DNA from: Podarcis bocagei
Taxonomy: Eukaryota
NCBI GenBank assembly: GCA_964188305.1
Contig: OZ076901.1
DNA: 64,000 nt
Direction: 5' to 3' (one strand)
Shown here: positions 33,790-46,278 of the stretch, in pieces
How the letters are laid out: each line of letters starts with the position of its first letter
Numbering within the stretch: the stretch's first letter is position 1
The notes under the pieces: model-generated
Seen by the model: the letters and a program-made list of their open reading frames with translations, nothing else
Databases searched by the model: none
Told to the model about the DNA's origin: nothing
Program-made: the position numbers and the translations under genes

Positions 33790-34254
33790 CTCTTTCTGAA
33801 GGAGATTCCACTCGGTTTCACTAACTAATCTGTAACCGCTAGGAGATACGTAAGCATTCTCAACACTCTGTGTGATGCTGGAGAGCAGGGATGCTGTCTC
33901 CTCCTGCTCCGGTGTCATCGCTGTGATTGCTTTCTCCTGGTCTTTGGTTAACATGAACCCACTGGGCATTTGCAGAGAGCCAAGGGAGGCCGTGTCAAAG
34001 TTCTCTGACATAGAGTCCGCCCCAACTAAGGGTCCAAAGTCAGACTCATCAAGATTCCCAGCCGATTTGGCTTTGTTGTTGTAGCCCAGAGTTTTGGCCT
34101 GCAAGGATCCTGATGTTCCCAAGCTGTCCGTTGACTGTGCTCTCCTCAGCCCCTCTTTGAACATGTCGTTGTCTGACTTGAGAGATTCTCCCGAAGACAG
34201 CAGGGCATCGGTGTCGAGTGAGTGGACTGAACCGTGAGTACTGTTTATATGCAC
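33790..34254 (-). CDS. RABEP1: RABEP1 exon 9 (VHINSTHGSVHSLD...RRAQSTDS...DESDFGPLV...EWNLLQKE)
   Basis: Acceptor ttatag, donor GTAAGT; 465 nt. Confidence 0.97.
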
Positions 34255-34399
34255 CTATAATTTAAAGAGAGATAAAAACACTTAGGCAATGCTTACAGCC
34301 GAGAAGAGAAGAAGCTGCCTTATACCAAGACCCAATCCTGTCTACTCTGACTGGCACCTTTCCTCAAATTTCTGTGAGGAAAGGTTGCAATGTTTGGGA

Positions 34400-34745
34400 C
34401 TTTTTCATTCAGAGGAAAGGCAAGTAAGATAGAAGTTTATAAAGTTTTGCAGAGCATGGAGAGAGCAGATAGAGAAAAGCTTTCTTCCTTCTCTCGTAAC
34501 ACTAGAAATCATGGACATGAAGCTGAATCTTGGAAGACTCAGGACAGACAAAAGGAAGCCCATCTTCATGCAGCGCACAGTGAAACTATGGAATCTGCTC
34601 CCATGAGAGGCAGGGATGGCCACCAACCAGGATGGTTTTAAAAGACAACTGGACAAACTCATGGAGGCTATTAACGTCTACTAGTCATGGTGGCTCTGCT
34701 CTCCACAGCTGGAGGCAGTAATGCTTTTGAGTACCAGTTCACTGG
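34400..34745 (+). mobile_element. Old CR1 LINE 3' fragment
   Basis: Degenerate ORF2 C-terminus (EVYKVL.SMERADREK...; VKLWNLLP...DGFKRQLDKLME) plus 3'UTR. Related minus copies at about 41250-41550 and 45070-45480. Confidence 0.75.
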
Positions 34746-35274
34746 CCTGATCCAGAACGCTTTCCTTGTATTTTTTAGCAGCTCTGAAAAGTTTCAGCCA
34801 GAGATCTTTCCTTGCAAATTTCACCAAGTTTAGCATTTGACTTGGGAGAGCTGCTAGCCAGATGCTTCTAGGAAAGCTACAAGCAGAGCACAAAAGCAAT
34901 CGCCAACTCCTGTTGGTTTCATGTAGCATTTTACATTTACAAATACTAACATTCTGTTTAAATGTTATGGCCAGTTGCCACAAATAAACAGATGAAGAAG
35001 AACAGGTCTGTCTAATACTTTCTAAAGGTTGACAAGTTAGTGTCCACTATCACACTTTGCCTTAGAAAACTTCACGTATGCATTTCTGTTGTTTGACCTA
35101 CATCTAAAGTGAATCAGGCAACCCTATAACATCCCAATATTATATATCGGAGAGGAAAAATAAATCTCTTTGATCAATGTCTTCCGCACCCCACACTCTC
35201 GCCCCCAACTAGACTCATGACTCCAGCAGAGGTGGGTAGAATCCCAAATTCCCTGAAGCACATAGCAATAGAAA

Positions 35275-35410
35275 CCTGAAACAACTAGTTAGTGGAACAT
35301 GAGACTCTTAATCTCAGGGCTGTGGGTTTGAGCCCCAGGTTGGGCAAAAAAGATTCCTGAATTGCAGGGGGTTGGACTAGATGTCCCTTGGGGTCCCTTC
35401 CAATTCTATC
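35275..35410 (+). mobile_element. SINE: tRNA-Lys(CTT)-like head + CR1-type tail
   Basis: CATGAGACTCTTAATCTCAGGGCTGTGGGTTTGAGCCCCAGGTTGGGC followed by the shared tail. Confidence 0.8.
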
Positions 35411-35827
35411 TTTTAATGATTTTGTTATTCCACGTGACTAATATTTCCTATAATTCCTTCACAGCATTAAGAAGGTTGCTAATTCAGGACTGTTGCCTGG
35501 GGATTAAAGTAGAATTCAAGCATTTTTTTTAACCAAACAGGAAGCAGCGTTGTACAAAGTCAGACTGTTGGTCTATGTACAATCAGGGTTGTCAACATGG
35601 CTGGCAGTGGTTTTCCAGGGTTTCAGGAAGGGATCTTTCCCAGCCCCACCTGGAGATGCCATTGGGAAATGAATATGTGACTTTCTCCTGCATGCAATGC
35701 ATGCCCTCTACCACTGAGCCCAAAGCCCCTCTCATGTAAACAAGCTCACAGGACTTAATCAGAAAGGAACATCCTTTTTAAGCATGCCTGTAGCAGTACG
35801 TCTCCTTTTTGTAATGAATGCAGGTGT

Positions 35828-36086
35828 GAGAGAGCCAGTGTGGTGTAGTGGTTAAGAGCGGTAGACTCCTAATCTGGGGAACCGGGTTCGTGTCTCCGCT
35901 CCTCCACATGCAGCTGCTGGGTGACCTTGGGCCAGTCACACTTCTTTGAAGTCTCTCAGCCCCACTCACCTCATAGAGTGTTTGTTGTGGGGGAGGAAGG
36001 GAAAGGAGAATGTTAGCCGCTTTGAGACTCCTTAAAGGGAGTGAAAGGCAGAATATCAAATCCAAACTCTTCTTCTTCTTCTTCTT
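35828..36086 (+). mobile_element. Young Squam3-like SINE with (CTT)n tail
   Basis: Intact A box (TGGTGTAGTGG) and B box (GGTTCGTGTCT), retained CpGs, and an aactcttcttcttctt tail. Confidence 0.8.
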
Positions 36087-37124
36087 AAAACCATCTGCAC
36101 AACTCCAGCTTCCTATTTTACTACAGTATAGCCTTTGCAGGAAGCAATATGGCATGACATGCTGGCCGAAGCAACATAAAAATGTCTTAAGGGCTTAAGC
36201 GTCAAACCTCAAGTACACAATTCTTTTGTGTGGCTTACCAGGACTTCACTAAGACACAGAGAAGGCAATTAGTGCTGGTGGGAGCCAATTATTATGGAAC
36301 CTCATTTAAAGAACCCATGTAAATCCTATTAACATGCCCTATGAAAAACTGGCTTACAGCCACCTTAAGTTAAAGGATTAAAACAAAGAATTTTTCCCGT
36401 AGACACAAGAATCATGTTCTGCTGCTTCACAACACAACTGAAAGAAGAATAGGCAAGACAGCAAGGGAAAGACCATCAGTCCTGAATATACACCAGTAAA
36501 ACTATCCGTTTTAATATGGAGAAATACTGACTTTGCTCTACTGAGGGTGACTGAACTTAAAACCAACTCAGTTTTAAAAGGGATAAGGAAGACAAAAACT
36601 AGCACAGCAAGTACGCCCAGGCGATCAACTTAGAACAATGGTTACATTCAAGCCAAAGCTGGTTGTTTACCAGATTGCTTAATAAAACACATAAATAATG
36701 GGGTCTAACTGTGCAACTTGCAAATTCAAAGCCAATTCCTATCACTAGAATGGATTTCAGATTCACCACCACAAGAATTATGCTGAATGACCTGGCAGAG
36801 ACCAGGGTTCAAATCCCCACTCAGCCACAAAGCACAGCAGGTGAGAACCACATATGCCACCCTGCATGGACATACCTTAAACTTCCCAGTTTAGGACAAG
36901 GGCAGCCTTCACCACCCCAGTGCCTATCAGGTGTATTAGACTACAATTTCCATCAGCCCAAGCTGGAACAGCCAAAACATCTAGAGGGCACCAGTTTGGC
37001 AAAGGCTGGTTTAGGAAATCAGCTCCTCTGCATTCACATGTAGTAACTTCAGGCTTCACACCATATTTAATTATCTTTACAATTCAGGTTTTGTGTGCAA
37101 TCCAAATCTTTAATGTGCATATTA

Positions 37125-37478
37125 AAAGGTAAAGGGACCACTGACAGTTAAGTCCAGTCATGGACGACTCTGGGGTTGCGGCGCTCATCTTGCTTTACTG
37201 GCCGAGGGACCCGGTGTACAGCTTCTGGGTCATGTGGCCAGCATGACTAAGCCGCTTCTGGTGAACCCTAGCAGCGCACGGAAACGCCGTTTACCTTCCC
37301 ACCGGAGTGGTACCTATTTGTCTACTTGCACTTTGAGGTGCTTTCGAACTGCTAGCTTGGCAGGAGCAGGGACTGAGCAATGGGAGCTCACCCCATCATG
37401 CGGATTTGAACCACAGACCTTCTGATCGGCAAGCCCTAGGCTTTGTGGTTTAACCCACAGCGCCACCCGCGTCCCTAC
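37125..37478 (-). mobile_element. Sauria SINE, full length, different subfamily
   Basis: ACCTTT tail; TSD TAATGTGCATATTA at 37111-37124 and 37479-37492. Confidence 0.9.
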
Positions 37479-38099
37479 TAATGTGCATATTACCAGAGTT
37501 TTAAGATGAGGATTTAATTATTGTGACATTAAGGCTTTAGAAAATTGCTGGATAACTGATGCCTCATGTTTCATTCCGAAAAAGAGGGGGAAGGTCCCAA
37601 AGGTTGAGAGAAATATTTCAAAAGGAAAAACAAAAACAAAACAGTGTAGGAATTCACTGGGAAAGAGCTGAAACATCTGCATTCCATTGTAGGCTGAGTG
37701 TGTATGTTGAGTATATAGTTATCAACTGTCAATTGTTAAACTATTTTTAAAAGGACAGGCCCAAGAATGTAAGATAAGCCCTGCCACATCAGGCCAATGG
37801 AAGCCCTTCTAGGCCAGTATCCTGTTGTCACAGTGGCCAAACAGATGCCTCAAAGGGAAACCAGCAAGCAACACCCGTGCACAAGAGCACGCTCCCCTCC
37901 TGTGGTTTCCAACAAGCGGTATCTCTTGCCAAAATCTTATGCAAAGCCAAGGAAAATTACATTCTGCTCATTTAGGTCTTGCCTTACTCCAGCACCATTT
38001 GTTTCACATTTACTAGACTATAGCCATACATTTAAAAGGAAGATCATACACCAAAAATACCATTCATCATGCTAAGACTTCAAGTTTGGCAACACATGA

Positions 38100-38512
38100 T
38101 AAGCAAGCTGACTCCAGCTACAAAGGCTGGGGCTGCTGAGGAGGCAGGAGACCATCTTGGCTGAGTCCTGGAAGACCTGCTCCCTGCCTTGCAGGCCTTT
38201 CCCACCTGGCCTGGGAGGGCGGTCCCTGACTGACTCCAGCTACAAAAGCTGAGGCTGCTGAGCAGACTCTTGGACTAGGGTGATGTCGGGTTTGGGGGGA
38301 GTTGTCGCTATTGGTTTTTTGTAACTTTATTTTAGTACTTATTGTGATTTATGTGAAAATTGTTCAGTTTGGTTGTGTATTTTTTAATGTTTTATTTATT
38401 GCTTATGACTACTTTTTGTTATGTTGTGGTTATGTGGTTTTTTTCATGCTTCAAGCCAGCTTGAGCATGGTGTGGAAGACAGCATACAAATAAAATTATG
38501 TATGTATGTAAG
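38100..38512 (+). mobile_element. Probable LINE 3'UTR fragment with an internal direct repeat and (TATG)n tail
   Basis: GT-rich stretch, stem-loop-like end, AATAAA, then ATGTATGTATGTA. Confidence 0.45.
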
Positions 38513-38709
38513 TAGCAGTGAATAAGAAAACTCATGTGACAAGACAGGATCACATGGAAAATATCCCTAGATGTTACTGCAACAAGGTGAAGGACTTGCC
38601 TGCCACAGGGGGTATTGGGTTTAAGGTTACCCTCATGCAACACGGTTCTTTGTTCCTTTGAAGAGTGAAGTGCATCCTGTCCTCCAAGCCGTGTCGCACT
38701 CCTCACAGG

Positions 38710-38892
38710 TTATTTTATTTATTTTATGTTGACATTTAAACACCACCTTTCCACCAAGGAGCTCAAGGTGGTGTAGGTAGTTCTCTTCCTCCACATTTTA
38801 TTTTCACAATAACCCTGTGAGGTAGGTTAGACTGAGAGTGAGTGACTGGCCCAGTGAGCTTCATGGCCAAAGTGGGGGTTTGAACCCTGGAA
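38710..38892 (-). mobile_element. Squam3-like SINE
   Basis: ccaaggagctcaaggtgg...aaccctgtgaggtaggttag...gggggtttgaaccctgg. Confidence 0.7.
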
Positions 38893-39060
38893 TCCATGAT
38901 AAGGGTCGCAGTTTGCTCTCAACACATTGTAGTATTGGTCTGAATAAGCCAAGATGGCTACCAAGGAGTCTCCATTGATTTTTGCCATCAGTAGCGTTTG
39001 CTAAAATTAAATACAATCAATAATGTTTTGGGAAACACATGCTAAACAAATCAGCTTTAC

Positions 39061-39183
39061 CTCTTCACCAAGGAACTGCGGAAGGGATTCATCATGAGTG
39101 ATGGAGCTTACTTTCGATTCATCATCGGGGCCTTTCTGCTTGTCTTCCTTCCTTTTATGAAGTTTCCGCTGCTCTTCATCTTC
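39061..39183 (-). CDS. RABEP1: RABEP1 exon 8 (EDEEQRKLHKRKEDKQKGPDDESKVSSITHDESLPQFLGEE)
   Basis: Acceptor ttttag, donor GTAAAG; 123 nt; divergent linker exon. Confidence 0.9.
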
Positions 39184-40812
39184 CTAAAAACAATGAAGTG
39201 TTTTGATGTCCTTTCAGCGTCACTTATACCATTATGAATTTCAAGGTGGCAGATGACGCCTGAGCACCTTGCTAAGCAGGGAAGGAATGGGGGGGGGGGG
39301 GACACACGTCCCAAAGGAAAATATTGCAAACAAAAGAGAAATGGAGCCTTAGGTGTCAGAATGACTCAAGTTCTGGACTGAACGAATGATTTATTGCGAG
39401 CTCTAAGGTCCAACTGAACACAATCACAAAATGGTGGACGAATAATAGAATCACTGAGTTGGAAGGTACCCAAAGGATCCTCTAGTCAACTCCCCCTGCA
39501 AGGTTGGGGGCAGGGGAGCTTGTAACAACAACAACCCTCTAGTCATCTAAATCAGGGAAGGGGAACCTTTGGCTCTCCAGATGTTGCTGCACTACATCAT
39601 CCCTGACCACTAGCACTGCTGGCCAAGGCAGATGGGAGTCAGTTTGGTAACATCTGGAGGGCCATAGGTTCCTCATCCCTAATCTAGGCGTACTGCTATT
39701 GCATCAGCTTAGAAGTCAGCTGCCATCAATTAGTATTAGTCACACATGGTATCAGGCCTCCATAGATCTCAGACCAGACCACAAGTGTGTTAACAAACAG
39801 GGATGGGGCAAGAACTTGAAGCAGGGGTGCTCAACTATGCAAGTGCATCTACTGGAATTGTTGCAAGTTAAATTCAACACAGGCATGGCCAACTGCAAGC
39901 AGCACCCGCCCCCTTTGATTCTGCTCACATTCCACAGCCCAAGTGCAGCCTTTCAAGTCACCAAGCATAAACAAATGAAGCAGCTGGTTTGCATGACAGA
40001 TGATCTGAAGGGCTGCCTGGAGGGGAAACTGCTGCAGGAAGCAAAAGGTCTCTACCATAGGGAAGCTTTGGGACATGTGGGTTTAATGCAGCAGGGAAGA
40101 ACAGGTTTGCTTTCTGCTCACATTCATTTTGAGTCTTCATAATAGTCCTCCAGTATTTGCAAATCCTAGCTCATTTATGAGCCGAGCATGAGGATCTCCA
40201 CAGACCCCTCGTCTTACGCACATGGCAAGAACTGAAAGTGCACGCCAAGCGCAAAACTCAAGCAAGTGAACCCAGCTGCAGAGCCATTTGCAGCAAGTCG
40301 CATGCATCTCACAAATATGCGTCACATGTCATTTAGAAATTGAACATGTAAAAATGTTTACCCTTTTTATGGATGGGACTGTACTCGGCTTCAGTGTTAC
40401 CTAAGAATAATAAGCGATCTCCTTCACAGAGAAATCAAATACACGCAGAGCAGGTCTTTTTATAAAACACATTGAGGTTGTTTTGGTTTTTTTACAATCA
40501 AGCAGTGTATAAATTTTATGAAACAAATAAACAAACATTTGCTGTCTCAAACACAGCAGATACAAGAAAAACAAAGAAGCCCAGCTATCTTGGGTGCACA
40601 TACATACACACAACACATTAAACCATTGTAAATGTGTACAGACATGACAATGCACACTAACCTCCTTGAAACAATTTCTGCCTTAATAACATATGTCAAA
40701 AAATATTCGAAACCCAGAAACAAATGCTCCCCACATCCTTGCACTCCAGCCTCCTTGTCACCAAACACCCACAATTATTAAACTCTGAAAAAGGCAACAA
40801 TATTTGATTGCA

Positions 40813-40834
40813 ACACACACACACACACACACAC
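40813..40834. repeat. (AC)11 microsatellite abutting the RABEP1 exon 7 donor
   Basis: Read directly from the sequence. Confidence 0.95.
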
Positions 40835-40838
40835 CAAC

Positions 40839-41017
40839 CTGATCTTTCTTCTTCAGTTCTTCCACTTGCCGAAGCTGCTCAGAGGTCAGCACCATTTCCA
40901 TCCACTGCATGTCCCTCATCAGCAAACGCTGTGACTCTAAGAACTGGTCGTTGGCCTTTTGCCAGGTGTGCTTCAGCTGGTTGTGCTGCTGCCGTTCCTG
41001 CTCTAGTAGATGGCAGA
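40839..41017 (-). CDS. RABEP1: RABEP1 exon 7 (VCHLLEQERQQHNQLKHTWQKANDQFLESQRLL...ELKKKDQ)
   Basis: Acceptor gcatag, donor GTTGGT; 179 nt. Confidence 0.96.
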
Positions 41018-41802
41018 CTATGCAGAAACAGACAAGGATAATGAATTGGGGTTTTAATGGTCACCATTCACTTCTCTCACCCAAGTAACTCTGGTTACAT
41101 TTGTTTGCTATTCCACACATTAGAGCTTTTTACTTAAATCTAAGAAAATGCTCACATTTTCTTGCACAGAAACAAAGAAGGCACTTACTCTCGCAAGAGT
41201 CACCATTTATATGATCTGGGCTAGGCTCTACCCTGGTTGACTGTAAATAAGCAGTTAACATGCTTGGAGGGGCCCACCTCCTGCCTCCCCATTGCTTCTT
41301 GGCATCAGTGGCCAACCAGATGCCTGTGGAAAATCCACAAGTGAAACTCAAAGACAAGAGCACACTCCTCTTCCTGTGCTTTCCAGCAACTGGTACTCAG
41401 AAGCACTGCTGCCTCCAACTGTGGAGCCAGAGCCCAGGCATCATGGCTAGTAGTTATTGATAGCTGTATCCTCCATGAATTTGTTTTAAAGCCATCCAAG
41501 TGGGTAGCCTCCCATGGTAGACAGTTCCATAGTTTAACTATGTGCAAAATAATTGCAGAATTGGAGTCTGGGACAAGCCCTGCCTGCAAATCCCCACCTT
41601 TTTTACTGCCCTGTGATTAAAACTCTAATGATCCCCAGCACCACGCTCTGTATGATACCACTGTGCGGAAAGTAAGTGGAACACTCTGGAAGCCAATGTG
41701 GGCATGCAGCTCAGCCCAAGCACTTGGCTGCCTGCTCCTCATCTAAAGCACAGGTCTACTGTTGCCACCTCCTATGTTTTTAGCAAAGGGGAGAATTCAC
41801 AC

Positions 41803-41938
41803 CTTCGTGAAGTTCTTTCCGCAGCTTCTCTGCATCTTCCTGCAGAACTGATTTCTGAGTGTTCAGAACAGCCACATACATTTCTAGATCGGTCCTGCAG
41901 GATTTCTCAGCTTCCAAATAATGATTCAGTTCTTTAAC
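41803..41938 (-). CDS. RABEP1: RABEP1 exon 6 (VKELNHYLEAEKSCRTDLEMYVAVLNTQKSVLQEDAEKLRKELHE)
   Basis: Acceptor tttcag, donor GTGTGA; 136 nt. Confidence 0.96.
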
Positions 41939-42789
41939 CTGAAAAAGGTATATAATCAATCAGAGGAAGATTATGGTGAAATGCATGCAATTGGCTTCAG
42001 TTGCTGTACTAAAAAGACTGAAGTTAATAGCACTTAGTGAATTCAAGCACATTTCTAGGAATAACAAACTCCACTGAGAGTCCTTTACTCCAATTCTATA
42101 GCTGCCATCAAGTTTTTGTGGTGGCACACACAACCATTGTAAATGCAAAGCTCCTATTATTTGCCATTAAATGCTCAACAGCATTTAAAGATACTATCAT
42201 TAGTCATTTTGAATAGAAAGCTAGTAAATCACTAGAACTTACTAGTATAGAAGTCAATCAAATCTATCTGAAAATGCTAGAAACTAACAAATCTGCAATG
42301 AGTGTATATACTTGCCAAGATGAAAAACTAGAGTCAAAGAACAGTAAATAGATCTTGGAACGTATTCTTTGTTGTTCAGAACACAGAGGACACCAACTCA
42401 AAGGCCACATACATACAAGATTTCTGTATCCCAAAATGAACATACTGGTAGTTCTCTAGTCCACACAAGCATCTCTGCCCTGTTCAATTTGACATTTCTA
42501 CAATACCTTCCCCACCACTATCTGTGGAAAGATAGAGCCTGAAGCTTTAGACTTAGATAATATATGTTGCTTGCTTATCTTTCAAGATCTGCCTGCTATA
42601 CAAGATTTTCTACAATCCTCTGCTGAAGACAAGTGGGGAAAACAGGGCTTGAAATAAGTTTACAGGCAGGTCCCGCTTCAAGATGTTTGAGAAGCATGAT
42701 CTATCAAAAATATTAGTTTCCTGTATCAAGGCAGATGACCCCATTGCAATCTTACAAACACAAGATCTTTGGACATTTTCCTCACCCAC

Positions 42790-42909
42790 CTTTGAAGCCT
42801 CCAGCTCCTTTATCCTTTCTTCAGCCTCTGTCAGTTTGTCTTTCAAAGTTGCAATCTCCTTTTCCATGGGCATCACAACTGAACGAAGCTTCTCTGCATC
42901 TTCTTGGGC
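42790..42909 (-). CDS. RABEP1: RABEP1 exon 5 (AQEDAEKLRSVVMPMEKEIATLKDKL...LEASK)
   Basis: Acceptor cttcag, donor GTGGGT; 120 nt. Confidence 0.96.
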
Positions 42910-44048
42910 CTGAAGTCAACATTAAATGATGTAACAAACCAACAATGGCCCAGGGTTCATTTATTGTTCTATTGCTTGAAATGTAACAGAAATGCAGCCT
43001 CAAATTGGAATACTCCTATGCAACCCACATGCCCCAAATGTCTCAGAAGACTGAGATGGGCCACAGAGCTCAGAGGTTTCAGACTTTGTAGCCTTTCAGT
43101 AGCAAACATGTTTGTATAGGATGGCTATATGTTGCAGAGTCTTCTGGGAAGCACGTCTCACAGTGAGACTTACTCCCGAGTACAGAACCGTGGACCTCAA
43201 ATTAGCAGCTCTTGCTGAATCAAGCAGCCAAAGTTTTCTAAGTTCAACAATTCACTTAGAACATTAAAATGATACCATGAAAAAACACTGACCAGGCCTG
43301 TTTAACTTCAAGCAAGGCTTCTGCGTTAATGTGTCCTCTGACAACAGTCATGGCCCAGATCATTTTAAAATATATATATTTTTAAGCCTAACTTACTGAA
43401 GGCTAAGGGAGGCATCAACAGAATTAAAAATTCAAAATAGTTATGAATATGTCATGCTTTCCACGCAGCCCAACATTTCACATCAGGACAGGGGGTTCCT
43501 GCACCCTGCTGCAGTTATTTCAGGTTGGGACAGGAATACCGTCTTTCTATTGCTTTCATGCTTGAATGGCCCTACAAATGCCGTTGGACTCCAGCTCTCA
43601 TCAGCTTCAACCAATGGTTAAAGATGATGGGAACTGTAACCCAACAACATCTGGAGGGACACAGGTTGCTTCTGCCTCCACACTCAGCTGATAATGAAGA
43701 CATTCTCATGCAAACATGCCTTAAACATCAACACACAGGAACGTATCAGCCCCTGCCAGTTAATTTTAAGTAGCCAAAAAGCAGCCAGTTAGGTCAGCCA
43801 ATATCTACAAGTATTTATGTCATGTTAGGAACGTAACTACACATAGTAGCCATAATTGCACAATTGCAAATTTCTCTCATTCTCTCTCTCTCTCACACAC
43901 ACACAAAGTCAAGATGTTACTGCCTTTTAAGCAGATGATGCGTTCCAGGAAATAGCTTCCAACTCCTTAAATGCCTCAATCAATGCCATCATTTTTAGTC
44001 CACAGAGGAGCCTAAGCATTAAGGCTCCCGTTCTGTCCAAAAAACTAA

Positions 44049-44110
44049 GTAAGTTTTACTATAACCACACTTTGTGCGTAAGTTTTACTATAACCACACT
44101 TTGTGCGTAA
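44049..44110. repeat. Perfect 29-bp tandem duplication
   Basis: GTAAGTTTTACTATAACCACACTTTGTGC x2, plus GTAA. Confidence 0.95.
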
Positions 44111-45849
44111 AATTAGAAATATGACTTAAGGGAAGCAGATTCCTGCATTTCACAAAACACCAATTCTCAGCGACAAAAGATTGTGATATTTATTTAAAAA
44201 CAACTACATGTGCATCAGTACTTTATGTAAAATTTCACATGCATCTCATCATAACAGCTCTATTTTTAAAAACACACACAAAAGCATGCATTTTCAAATT
44301 ATATCAACAGGGATATGCATACAAGGAGACAAAAAAAAGATGTTTGTACAAGGAAGAATTCACCAGGAATTCCCCTATACAAGTCCCACTGAAACAAACA
44401 GGACCTGCACAAGAGAATTTCCTGGTGGGCTACACCTCATTAAGATTTGCCCATCTCCCACACTATCCCACAGCAGCACTGCTTCCGATCGAGTCAGGCA
44501 ACCAAGAGGCACATTTTGGCATGGGCTAACAGAGGTTCACAAGAGCAGCAATACCTGCGCCCTATTGACCTGTTGTCATATATTCACAGCCTCTGAACAC
44601 ATGGGTTATATGACTGGAGACCAGACTGAGTTATGGCTGCTATCTTTCATATATGCTTCTTCAGATCACAAGTACTGCTTATACACAGGTTTCTGTGACG
44701 ATCTGCTGCTCAGAGATGGACTCTCAATGTTGTGTCCACACTTCGACTGAGTATGCTAGAGTTTAATTACCCACTCTTCCTCCAATGAAATCAGGACAGT
44801 ATATGGGTGCTTCTCTCCCACTCCTTTTATCATAATTATCCTGTCTATGGCCCTGTGCTTAAGAAAAAGTCAATATAAGAAGAGCCCTCGGATCAAAGGT
44901 TTAGTGGGCCAGATCCAGAACCCTTTCCCTCCCCAACCTCCTGCATGCCACTTTGACAGGTGGGGGAGCGACAGCTTTACTTGTCCCATGTCTACAGTCA
45001 CATGATATCAGGTGACTGTAGTTTGTGCCAAACCATACCAGGGGCCAAATGGGAATGACTGGAGGTTCACCTTCATTGGTCTGTCTAGTCCAACATTCCT
45101 GGTTCCCACAGCAGCAAACCAGATCCCTATGGAAACTGCACAAAACAGGACCTGAGGGCAATAGCCCTTTCCTGCTGCTGTTCCAGTATAACAAGTATAC
45201 CGGAGAATGCTGTCTCTAATTCTACAGGTGGTATAGTCTCACCATGATTAGTAGCCACTGAGTTGCATCCTCAATGAATTTGTTTAATCCCCCTGTAAGC
45301 AGCCATCTTACTTATCGACTAAGATAGCAGCCACCACCACATCTTGTGGTAGCTTAACTATGACCTGTGTGAAGTATTACATTTTATTTGTCTTAAATCT
45401 TCAGTTTCACAGGATGATCCTAGGTTTTAATATTACGAGAGGGTGAAATAATATCTCTATCCATTTTCTCCACATCTCTATCGCATCCTCCTGCTTACTT
45501 GTCTCAGGGTGCCTGAGCAGGTAATACCAAGGGGAAAGCAGAATAGCAGGAGTGGAGTTTATGTTGGGGGAGAACAGAGGGGAGGAAGGAGAATAACTTA
45601 AAGAGATGTTTGTGCTACAAACCTAAATATTGTGGGAATAATTCAACACAGGCACACAGCTTCAAGTTTCAAAGCAGAAAGAGAACATTTCTAGTTCATA
45701 CCAGCTTCTGTTTCCTACTTTTATTTTCTAAGCTGACTAGTCATAACAAAAAGAGGATACACTCCTAGTTATGTTATTTATTTCCCAGTTCTCAAGAAGA
45801 AAGACAATGGGCAAACAGCTTCCAAACAAATCTGGCAGTACTACATGTT

Positions 45850-46259
45850 GAATCATAGAATCATAGAATCATAGAGTTGGAAGAGACCACAAGGGCCATC
45901 GAGTCCAACCCCCTGCCAAGCAGGAAACACCATCAGAGCACTCCTGACATATGGTTGTCAAGCCTCTGCTTAAAGACCTCCAAAGTAGGAGACTCCACCA
46001 CACTCCTTGGAAGCAAATTCCACAGTCGAACAGCTCTTACTGTCAGGAAGTTCTTCCTAATGTTTAGGTGGAATCTTCTTTCTTGTAGTTTGGATCCATT
46101 GCTCCGTGTCCGCTTCTCTGGAGCAGCAGAAAACAACCTTTGTCCCTCCTCTATGTGACATCCTTTTATATATTTTAACATGGCTATCATATCACCCCTT
46201 AACCTCCTCTTCTCCAGGCTAAACATGCCCAGCTCCCTTAGCCGTTCCTCATAAGGCAT
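45850..46259 (-). mobile_element. Young CR1 LINE 3' fragment (ORF2 C-terminus + (ATTCTATG)n tail)
   Basis: Uninterrupted peptide [23 protein letters not shown]...[15 protein letters not shown]...FKQRLDNHM; three octamer tail repeats. Confidence 0.93.
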
Positions 46260-46278
46260 GAAGTATGCTTTGATTTAC

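Noticed and set aside
44208-44750. 180-aa plus-strand ORF and a possible minus-strand cryptic exon near 44570-44750
   Set aside because: No recognisable homology, and the splice signals are weak.
45933-46259. 108-aa ORF as an independent gene
   Set aside because: It is the C-terminus of CR1 ORF2 in a 5'-truncated copy.
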